Shown here: in pieces, positions 11,803-21,742 of the stretch
Layout: each line of letters starts with the position of its first letter
How positions within the stretch are numbered: position 1 is the stretch's first letter
NCBI GenBank assembly: GCA_040285825.1
Contig: JAUPSS010000002.1
Span: 2,108,001 to 2,172,000 of the forward strand
Source of the DNA: Eukaryota sp. TZLM1-RC
Taxonomy: Eukaryota > Protista > Metamonada: BaSk clade
Direction: 5' to 3'
Length of the DNA: 64,000 nucleotides
Notes under the pieces: model-generated
The model's input: the letters and a program-made list of their open reading frames with translations, nothing else
Told to the model about the DNA's origin: nothing
Database searches by the model: none
Made by a program: the position numbers and the translations under genes

Positions 11803-13611
11803 TTACACTGATGTAGAGGGTACCTTTTTCTTTGAACCTTTGTCAACCTTGGCTCTCTGTAGGTATCCTGGTCTATCTCCACCATTTACATGTGCTTCCA
11901 TCACTGGCAACATATTCAGCGAAGCATTTCGATCTCTATTGCACAAACTTTTGCATGATTTACACATGGTAAGCCTGTGACGAATAGACATCTCATGCCT
12001 CTTCCATGGCCTAGGATTTCTGCGTATCGGAACGTTTCAACTTTTTCTGAGCTTTCTTACAGTTGAAACAACAGCAACTGGTTCGAAACTCATCAATCAA
12101 AAAGACCTTATAACCAGCCTTTTTAAATAGAAATCTCAAACCTTTTCCTTTGGTAGGTTCTTTGAATTTCATGTGTTTTCGTTGTTCCAGTCTCCGATTC
12201 CGATAACTACTTGGCCTGGATCACCAATTACTGATTTGAATCTCTGGATCATCTTCGCCTCAGATCTTGTGCGATTAATCTCAGCCCACCATCTTAGTTT
12301 CCTAAATATTTTTTGATGATAGACTTCATTCAACAATACTATTCACATAATTCTTTTGTTTAATATACTCCATAAATCTATCAAACCTGCAGCTTTTGGA
12401 ATTGAATTGGGATAATGTTGCTTCCCGTTCTGCTCCAGATTTAGTCGTGTGATCATTATTTCTCAAATTTAATGAGTAATCAATTTCGTGGGGAATATTG
12501 ATTTCTTGAGGTACTTTTCCTCTTAATAAACTAATTGTTCTTTCAGTCATTTGATTAATTATACTGCTGCTTAAATCCATTCTTTGTTGTTGCTCTTCAG
12601 ATGGTTTATAATTGGATAGATCAATCACTCTACCAGTAGAGTTACTTATTGTGATAAGAGTGTCATTCCGTATGCTGTCTCTTATTCTTTTGAATTTGGA
12701 ACTTTTCGAATCAAATCTTCGTTGATTTTGAGTGTACCTGAAGTGAACATATTTATCTCTCTCAGGCTTTTTTGAATGAGTCATTTCAGTAGCTAAATTG
12801 GCAGAAAAATAGAGTAGATCAGATTTCCCTGGATCAGCAGCAGCAAGGGTCATATCTTGAAATTCAGAAGGATTGATGCTGGGGTCATCAATATATTTTT
12901 CTTTATCTTTTAAGTCTTTTGCAGTTACTTTGTATTTTTTCAAGTCAATTCTAGATTGAATGAAACTTACTGCTATTTCATCAGTCTCGATACTAGACAT
13001 AATGCACTTGGAACTTTCTGAATAAAGTTCAGTGGTTTTAATCTCGTACATTTTTAAAATGGTGTCCCACATAACCAAATCAGCAGCTTGATTATTGCAT
13101 TAGTAAGACGACCTTGGACCAAGAATGTCCTTGAATTGGACAAAGAACTAGTCCAATAAACTTGTCTTGTCAATTCTGATATACGAGGGAATACAAGAAT
13201 TCTTCAAAGGCAGAGCATGAAAGAGTTTGCTCTCCTCATCTTCTAAATAATTATTAATATAAAACATTGCCCTCAAATAGTAATTTGATTTTGACGAAAA
13301 ATCAAATTTTGAATACTTTTCCCTTTTAGAATTACTGGGAAGTAAAAGAGGGATCTGGTCATTAATGAAAAGCGAAGTAATTGATGAGACTTTGTTTCTC
13401 ATTGCAGAAGTTTCGCCATCAATATCTTTACATCCTTCTAGAAGGAGAGATTTAACTTTGCTGATGAATAATGAGAAGTTTTTCCTATCTTGCTTTTTCA
13501 GGACATTGTTGTTTCTCTTAACATCATAAAAACATCGACAAACCGATCCAAGTAATCAAAGTAATGTTCCTGGATGTTATTTTTGAAATTCACAATCAGT
13601 TTGTCAATTGT
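11803..13611 (-). pseudogene. Fanzor1 (family A), C-terminal part: REC/WED, RuvC and zinc finger; frameshifted
   Basis: NNIQEHYFDYLDRFVD, LFHALPLKNSCIPSYIRID, IETDEIAVSF, RuvC-I AAADPGKSDLL, FRYTQNQRR, FRKLRWW...SEAKMIQRF, IGIGDW, KEPTKGKGLR, RuvC-II LIDEFRTSCCCFNC, CKSCKSLCNRDRNASLNM (RuvC-III), RPGYL. Confidence 0.92.
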
Positions 13612-16600
13612 AGAATGTATTTATTGAATTTGCACACTTAATTAAATTAAATCATAACTAATGGGACGACTATCATTGAACCAAGATTTCCTCTACAAAA
13701 TCTTGATCTGCTTGCTGTCTAGCTAAAGCTGCTCTAATTCGATTGAAAAACTTTTTTTTAATAGGATAAATTTATTTTCAACGCTAACAAAACATTAAAC
13801 AAAAAACTAGAACTCAATATCCTCAATACACGCATCAACATCATCAAATCTTTTAAGCGCGCGATTTTCATACTCTATTCCTAATTGTAACAGTGCTTTG
13901 GTCAACATTTCTGGAATTGCTTTAAGAATACTGAAAACAATTCTATTGTGCCAGAAATTGAAGTTCAATTCTTTTCCTGCTCTTTCTTTTATTAAACTTC
14001 TGAAACCTTCAAGAAATTTAATGCCAGATATTCCAATGTTACCAAAAAGAGAAACAGCAAATGGAACCAACTGATACTTAACATGCTCAACACGTCCTAG
14101 CTGAGATAAGGGTTCATTGTACTTTTTGATTTTGCTCTTTTCAGCAAAGCAAAGTGGAGTTTCATCTCTTTTAGCAAAGTCAATTGCTGAGTCTTTACAA
14201 ACATCAACAGTGACAACATCAACAACTTTAATAACACCATCAGACGCAGGAGTAATTAAATCAGCACGGCGTTTCCCAAAAGTATTTTCATTTTCATTTT
14301 CAGATGACAACCTTCGCACAAGTGGTTCAACAAAAGCTTCAATGTGATGGCTTTTGCATATAGCGTATAGTTGGTCTCTAACAGCATCGTGAACAACTGA
14401 GCGATATGTAATATTAAATTTGCAATTAAATAAATGATTCAGATTAATGAGCTGACCACAACGACAAATCAAATCATTTGGCACACTACATGGCCACAGG
14501 AAACACCTCATCCTGAAGGCAGTTGTCCATTGATGATCATTTAATAATAGACCATATACATTTGGAATCTGGGAAATAAGACAACTTGAGCTACTATCCT
14601 TGAGGTCAATTAAGAAGTTTGCAAAAACGGGATTCTTTTCTTTAGCCAAGCTAAGACGAACAGTGAAATCCAAGTTTTCAAAAACTTTTAATATCTTTTT
14701 CTGCAATTTAGCATATGCAAATTTCAAGGAAATCAAACTCCTGGGTGGAATTTCTTGAATATCAGCAGGAAAGCATTTGGACCATATGTGAGGAGAGATG
14801 CATTCAATTTCACTCTGCAAGGACACTAAATAGTCACTAACACAACATTCTATCAAATGCTGGTTTTCAGGAAAACGTTTCAAAAATTCAAAAACGAAAT
14901 TTTTTCCTCCACCGATGAATGCGGCTTTACACAAATATTTTGATTTGTGAAAATCCAGGCCTCCCAATTCTGTGCTACAAAAAATATGACTACGTAAAAA
15001 AGAAGAATCAATATCGAGCAAATTAGCCAAAAATTTTGTTCTTAATTCATTAAAAATTCTGCAAAATTCGAGAGAAATAGATGGTGATGTTGATCGTAAA
15101 ATATGAGTAAATTTCCCTGAATAACAAATTCTGAGGAAGAAAAATTTAAGATGTTTTTCAATATTTAAATCTGAAAGAACCATCAATTCTTCTTCAAAAT
15201 TATCCAAAAGAGAGGAAAGCTGATTTCGAATTTCATCAAAGTTGCCTAAATAACAACCTAAAAAACGAAATCCTGATTCAAAATAATTGATGAAAGGAAC
15301 ACTTTGATCATCAATAATGAGATCAGCAGGCTCTCTACCAATCAATAAACATTTGGAAATATTTAGAGAAAGACCAATTTGATAATAGCGCTGTTGAACA
15401 ATTTCAGCAATTGTTCTCAATGAATCAATTGGACCAATTAAAAATTGAAAAACCGAAGTAATTTATTAATAATGGCAAATTGAATCCGTGAACGCCATAA
15501 AAAAATATCAAATCTTTTCATTGTTTTTTCTTGCACCATTTTTTGGAAGTCATCCAAAAAAGTTTCTTCTTCAACTGATAATCTTCCATTTATCGAAAAT
15601 GGGAAAGCAATAAAAACCAGCTGTGTATTTCTATCGACATTAGCCTCTTCAATATCTTTATCATATTTTCTATGTTTCTGTTTTGCTTTAAAATCCAGAG
15701 CAGCCACAGGATTAAGTTTTCTTCTGTGAACCAAAGTATCATTAGCAACATTACATGAGACAAAGTCAACAATAGCTTCAAAATTATCAATCCAATCACA
15801 GTATAGATCACCTCTATCATCAGAACCAAAATTATTCAGAGAAAGTGTTTCCTTCAGCAGAGGCTCTTTGATACAAGATATTCTTGTAGTTTGTGTCATA
15901 TGGAAAACAGTGTCTCTAACAACATCATGTAATGAAGAACGATAAGTTATCAATTTAGAACAATTCAGAGCATGGCGCAAAGTGAACTGAGGTGAATTCG
16001 AACAAATACATTTTTCTTTTGATAATAATTGATTAATGGGTATATTCAAATACAATCTCATTTTTGTTACAAATGCTTCATTAGCAGCACACAGCCCAAA
16101 TCTTCGTGGTACAATGGTTACAAACAGTGAAGAATCTGATGACTGGTTTTCACAAACACCCTTTTCCAATAACAATGAGTGAAAAACTTGATTTAAAACA
16201 GCCGAGCTGCATATATTATTATTATTATGATCTTTTTCATACATTCCAGTCAATCGTTTCTGTAATGTTCGAAGAGTGTACTTCAAATTTAAACATTTTT
16301 TTCTGGAATATTGCCATTTAATGATTGGGGAAAACATCGACCCCATTTTTCTACATCAATTTTTGGAATTTCTTCATTTAATGCAAAAACAGTGGAACTT
16401 TGCGTTGCCATCAATAAATCTTCCCAATCAGCAAATCTTTCGGAAAACTCAAAGATTGCATTTCTGCATCCACCAACAAAAGCACACGAGGTAAGAATAG
16501 AAGCCTTCGTCCACCCTAAACCACCATAATGGGGACTAAGGTAAGCATGATCTGGAATTTGAAACATTTTACATCCCAGTAATTGAGACAGAACTTTTGC

Positions 16601-16964
16601 ACGTAACTCATTAAACTTCTGAGCCAAAGGTCTAGTGACGAGAGGATTTGTAGATCGAAATATATGATTAAAATTGGAACTAAAACACAGTCTTATAATG
16701 GTAAATTTGATGTGTTTTTTTATATCTAAATTCATCATTCGGTCAATTTTCTCAGAAATTGAGTTCAACTTTTCAAACAAGTTTTTGGTAATTTCATCAT
16801 TATTTCCAAAAAACGAACCCAAATGACGAATAGCATCAATTGAATATAATTTGGCTTGAATTTCAATACCACCAACTATTGTGGAAACTGGAGAATTCGA
16901 TAACAAAACACATTTAAGTAAATTAAGTCGGAGACCAATTTTGGTAAATAATTCTTTAAAACAA
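13612..16964 (-). mobile_element. 5'-truncated RT-RLE non-LTR retrotransposon (family 2, CRE-like) inserted in Fanzor A, itself split by family 1
   Basis: 12-bp TSD TTTGTCAATTGT at 13600-13611 and 16965-16976. RT C-terminus (RHLGSF, YGGLGW), C-x-C...H-xxx-C zinc motif and RGDL...VDFVS..K-xx-KY RLE. Near-identical to 47400-49040. Confidence 0.9.
13752..15443 (-). mobile_element. 5'-truncated RT-RLE non-LTR retrotransposon (family 1, CRE-like); ORF 13807-15420
   Basis: FRFLGCYLG, LGGLDF, CRCG...HLFNC, RRADL...VDVVTVD...EKSKIKKY. A8 tail (13752-13759) and 10-bp TSD ATTGAAAAAC (13742-13751, 15444-15453). Confidence 0.92.
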
Positions 16965-17340
16965 TTTGTCAATTGTGTAATACAAAATATTACTTATTCC
17001 TTTTTTTGAGAATACTTTTGGAACAAGTTTTTCTTTAAAGTGTTGGTGAATTTTAACCCGAGAATTTTGCAATGCTGTTTTTGTCTTTGCGTTAAGGGAA
17101 CTTTCCTCATCGCTTTGGGACGTGACCACAAGAAAAGCATCACGAAATAATTGGGTTTCAATTTTTGGTAAAATAGCATTTGGGTTTAAGTCAAAAAAAT
17201 GCAAATAATAACCACAAATGAATTATAAACCAACAATAGAAATTTCCTGACACCTAATTACTGCCTCATCGATCACTTCAATCATTTTCGGATCTCTGAT
17301 GACATTTTTTAGACTGTCCTTATAACCATCATAAGGTTTA
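16965..17340 (-). pseudogene. Fanzor1 (family A) N-terminal part
   Basis: KDSLKNVI...IDEAVIRCQEISIVGL*FICGYYL...LPKIETQLF...ISNILYYTIDKL. Continues in frame across the TSD into IVNFKNNIQEHY at 13599. Confidence 0.8.
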
Positions 17341-18120
17341 TGTTTAACAGTTTCCATGAATTGGTCATTGTTAAAGAAATTAAATAATTTCATGGTTAAA
17401 TCTGCATCCCTTAAACAATAAACTGCAACTGCAGTACTTCTTTGGTATAAGGAATAATCTGAGAAGGGACTATCTCCATGAACCTTCCAATACTTTGCAA
17501 TATATTGAGGATCAAGGTCAATTTTACTTTCCCCTAATAAAATCTTAGAAATTGTGTTTAGTTTGCGTGGTTGATAATAATTTCTGTAAATACTACAAGT
17601 ATCAACAACAAATCGACCAGCAATTAAGAAGTTCAAGTGGTTGTGATTCAATTCTATTAAATTTGAGTTATAGTATTGAACCCATTCAGTAGCACCGATT
17701 TCACCCTTAAAAAAGTCCTCATTTTCAGAACGTTTCATAATATGTGGAACGTCCAATTTGAGAATATTAAAACCACATATTATATGAGGATTATAAGTTT
17801 CTAATAATTTTTTAAATGAACTGAGCAATTCTTTTTCAAAAGAATGATGATATAAAGTGATATTTTTATCATCAACTTTGCAATAATGTTCATTTTTGCT
17901 TGTTGATTTTTCTACAAGATCACAAAAACAAAGATTTAATTCAATCTGTTCTCGAGTAAAAATGTGAGAAACAGAATTTGGAACAATGTTTTTTGTAGAT
18001 TTACAGTAAGAGATGAAATGTTCTCTTGCAGCAATGACAATTATTTCATCCTCATCACTGAGCTTTTTACCCTACACCAAAATTTCAATATCAAAATGTA
18101 AAATTCTGAGAGTAAATTGT
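17341..18120 (-). pseudogene. PolB-type DEDDy 3'-5' exonuclease domain, in frame with Fanzor A
   Basis: ExoI ILHFDIEI, SFEKELL...F, ExoII IICGFNILKLDVPHI, GRFVVDT, KLNTISKILLGESKIDL, ExoIII YCLRDADL. One TAG at 18072-18074, same frame on both sides. Confidence 0.85.
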
Positions 18121-18299
18121 GTTTTGACATTTGATGGTGTCACTAAAGGGTATCTATATCGAATCATCGGATTCTCATTGAAAAGTGTTTTTACACGTTT
18201 CAAAGGTCTGCTCAATACATCGGCTCGTCTTTTTCTGATGGTTTTATGTACAGAGGAGCACTTCTTTGTCTCAAATAATTTTCGTTCATTGTCAACACA

Positions 18300-18895
18300 G
18301 CTATAAAAACATCTTTTGTCTTGGTTGACAAAATGTTTAATATGAGCTGAATCAATTGAATTGAGCTGATTTGACAAAAATAAATTGATCATTCTTTTTG
18401 CAAACAATATGGTGAATATTCCACAATCATACAAATTAGATTGAAAAAATTCAGATATATTCTGACTGATATTGATTCCAAGTTTTTCAAAAATTATTGA
18501 ATTAATTTTTTGATGTTGTTCTTCATTATGACGAAGACTATCAAAAAGAAAAGCTTTTACTGTTGTGGATTTGATCCAGAATGTAACAAGTACCCAATGT
18601 TGCCCAATGGTAAATTGTTCGTCAACAGATGGAATCAAATTTGATTGATGAAATGCATCATTATAGGGTAGATGAATCAATGAATATTCTTCGTCGCCAG
18701 AATTGATCAATTGTGAGCAAAAATCCTCTTGAACAAATCCCCTAAAAAACAATAGGGGTGATGCGATGGGACAAACAAGTATTTGCTGATGTGACAGTGG
18801 AGTTGATGTCTGATTGATAAAGTTGTTGATTGAATCAGTGATTTGTTCATCATCCAACCACCTGTCCTTAACATCATCACTTTGTTGCCCTTCAC
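18300..18895 (-). pseudogene. Ulp1/SENP-like (C48) cysteine protease domain, same ORF as the exonuclease ExoI motif
   Basis: WLDDEQI, LIHLPYN, QHWVLV (His), FLFDSL (Asp), FQSNLYDCGIF (Gln/Cys). Confidence 0.88.
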
Positions 18896-18960
18896 CTGAT
18901 AAATTAATTTTTTTAAAATATATATTGTTATTATAAAAAGGAATTAAATTTATATAATTT

Positions 18961-19500
18961 TTAATGAAAAAAATTAAAAAAAATTTCATCAGATGGGCCA
19001 TCAATCTTTCCAAAATAAACACAAAATGAATTGCTCCCTTCTATAAAGAGGCTGTGGGTGGAAACACTGATGTGTGAAACACATACAGCTTCCAGGTTCG
19101 TGCCCCAGACACGACCTGCAAATTCACATATATTGTTTTTTCTTGAAGTTTTTGACAAATGTTTATTAATCAAAAATGTTGAATAATTAATTAAAAAACA
19201 ATTTTTAAAAACTTCATGATGGACTACTTGGACACATTGACCCTTCTCAACCAAAAAAGAGGAAGAGTCAATCTGACCAAGTAGTCTATTTTCAACCAAA
19301 TAGTAAGGAGAGTCTTCATGAGAAAAAGTTCCCTTGTTACATTTGGTTAAACAATAACTCACCTGTGAAGGTGGAATCTCAGGAGGGTTGGAAATGAGCT
19401 CCCAGTAGGGCTCAATGCAAGCTTGCTCCTGGATGGTTTCACTCAGCAGCGAATCCATATAATTCTGAATCCTCTTTGGACCAGGGGGTGCGTCTGACAT
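18961..19500 (-). CDS. Unknown ORF, possibly the first exon of the Ulp1-exonuclease-Fanzor gene
   Basis: ATG-initiated 179-aa ORF, co-oriented, separated from the Ulp1 domain by a ~94-nt extremely AT-rich stretch ending in ATCAG. Confidence 0.45.
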   Translation of the reverse strand: MSDAPPGPKRIQNYMDSLLSETIQEQACIEPYWELISNPPEIPPSQVSYCLTKCNKGTFSHEDSPYYLVENRLLGQIDSSSFLVEKGQCVQVVHHEVFKNCFLINYSTFLINKHLSKTSRKNNICEFAGRVWGTNLEAVCVSHISVSTHSLFIEGSNSFCVYFGKIDGPSDEIFFNFFH

Positions 19501-19675
19501 GTAGTGAAAATAATGAGCTTATTTATCAAATTTTGCACTTGTCACCCCATTCTCGACTTCTGGTTGCCTATTCTGACTGGTGTTTAACCCTCAACTGAGG
19601 ATTTCACTTTTCCATTCATTTCACCAACATTCACCAGCAATCTCAAAGTCTCATTGCAATTCCAATCCAATTCTC

Positions 19676-19768
19676 ATGACCACAAACTTCGTCATTGCAG
19701 TGGTGGGCTTTGACATAAAAACCGGTGCTACTGTTGAAGCTTCGTTCCCTCAACCTTACGTTTCATAA
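19676..19768 (+). pseudogene. Possible uDENN/longin-like gene fragment
   Basis: FVIAVVGFDIKTGATVEASFP resembles the uDENN N-terminal strand motif; the frame does not continue cleanly. Confidence 0.3.
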
Positions 19769-20718
19769 CGACTGGCTAATCTGCTCTTCAGTACAATGTA
19801 TAAGAAACCCCTCTGTTGAACGGGGAGGCAGAATCACTGCGATTGCTATCCTTTCATCATCCCACCCTTTCATTATGAGAAATCATTGAGAAGATGATTG
19901 TAATCCACAAATCATGATAACAATGAACCACCTAAGCACAAGTCTGCAGATGAGAACATCTCTACATATTCTTCCTCCAATAGTCCTGTTGCTTTACATG
20001 GACCTCCTGTGACTCGCCGAAATGAACTTCCATTCTTCTTCTATGTACTACAGTATCTGTTCTGGTATGTTGGCTTGGGGTAAAACAACTGGGTTTCCAA
20101 GTTGATTAATCCTTTACAATAACATCTTGTGCACTATTAATAAAGTTATTTTAGACCTTGTCTATCAGCATTGCTTCAGCATGATGATCACGATATATGT
20201 CTACATTCATAGCGTTTTGGCACAGATTCAGTCAAAACAACAATTGTCTTGCTTTTGCCAAAGTCATTTTGGTTGAAATAAATTTGCAGTTCCAAAAAAA
20301 GTTCATCAAATTATTTAGCTTATCTCTTACATCATTTGTAAATGATCAACGTCTGGAGAGATCTTTGATATTGTGGCAGCTTTTGTTTGATGCCTTGATA
20401 ACATTTGTTTATGTATTAATTGAAACCTAGAAACCAAAAGATTGATTCAAACCTTCAACATTTTATTTGGCTTTGGAGTAAAGTCTACTTTTTTGTTGGT
20501 TTCAGATTTTGGTGATGAATGTTTCGGCGATTGTGTGGAAATTCTATCATAATATAATATATAATACATAATATAATATGAAAGTCTATGCTATCATCTG
20601 CTTATTCCACATTTCATTTTTTTTGTGTCAATTAGTACAACAACGATCGACTGACAAACACAAAATTGTCTAAAAAATGAAATTACTATTATTACTTATT
20701 ACTTAATGAACTTATCTG

Positions 20719-20799
20719 ATTGATTAACTTTGCAAGGCTGGAGGAGGCAAGGGAGCATTTTGAAATATTTGAGGGTATTTATGCAGAACTTTCCAAAGA
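20719..20799 (+). repeat. 81-bp duplicate of the BBS4-like fragment at 31398-31478
   Basis: Near-identical sequence reading LINFARLEEAREHFEIFEGIYAELSK. Confidence 0.85.
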
Positions 20800-20809
20800 A
20801 AATAAATTT

Positions 20810-21097
20810 AATTGAATAAATTTACCACTCATTTTGTAGTGGAAAACAAGGTCACAAACCTAATCTTGATAAACAAGACAATTATGTAATACTATAAAAG
20901 TCGACAAGCAGTTTCATGGGGTTTGAGGCAGTGTAATCAATGCAAAACGTTCTGGAATCGAGATACAAGTTCTGCTCTAGATATTCTGATGTTGGCTGAA
21001 CACATTCTGGATGGAAGAGGGAGATCAGAGGTGTTTAAGAAACAACAGTCTCAAACCAAAGTTATGAACCCACTGATGACAGTCTAAAGGCTGCTGG
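20810..21097 (+). pseudogene. Fanzor C-terminal remnant (family C)
   Basis: WGLRQCNQCKTFWNRDTSSALDILMLAEHILDGRGRSEVFKK..., stop at 21085-21087. Confidence 0.85.
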
Positions 21098-21742
21098 AAA
21101 GGGTACTGAAGGTGCTGGTATACCTATGAGTCCGATGCAACAACCTGATCTCAATACATTATCACCAGTAGCGAAAGCGAAAGTTGAAGAACAATGTATA
21201 GTTTTGAAGTAACTTAAGAAATAAAGCTTTTGTCTATTTAGGTTGGTTCCTAGGAGAAAGTCCAAGAGCGAATGTGGTTAGCGTACTATTGTTAGTTAGG
21301 AACGAGACAATTGTAGGTGTAAGGGAGTCAGAAATGTTGTTTTCGCTGACGTTGTCAAGTCTTTACATCGGAGAAGATAGAGTTCGTGTAAGAGAGAAGT
21401 TGTGAATGTTGTCCTGTCAAGAGTCATTGTTAGGTTGAGTGGTTTCTATTTTAAGATTGAAGAAGTGTCAAGTTGATCAGATTATGAAAAAAAACTTTAT
21501 TCGAATTCATTGAAACAACACGTTTTCTTTATTGGATATGCTAATGTTATCAACTAAAAAACTCCTTCAACTGTAACCTTTTCACGAAAGAAAATAGTTG
21601 CGGCAGGTTAAATATCACGTATTATAGTGTTTAACTATCATTTTGCTCAGGCTTTGTATTTGTATAGATGTAAGAAGTTGTGAATAAATCAAATTTTTAT
21701 TGTTGACTGTCTGAACTTCTCTCCACTGACATATTCACCCCA

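Noticed and set aside
13100-18074. TAA/TAG reassigned to Gln, suggested by several lone in-frame TAR codons in the Fanzor fusion, hAT and BBS4-like fragment
   Set aside because: Long host ORFs (RPA1, the 2797-aa ORF) have no internal TAR, and RPA1 and IFT46 end at TAG at plausible C-termini. The hAT TAG replaces Trp and the BBS4-like TAG replaces Glu, so ordinary nonsense mutation fits better.
17223-18120. Host or viral/Polinton DNA polymerase B gene
   Set aside because: Only the exonuclease motifs are present; no polymerase palm motifs follow, and the frame runs into Fanzor sequence.
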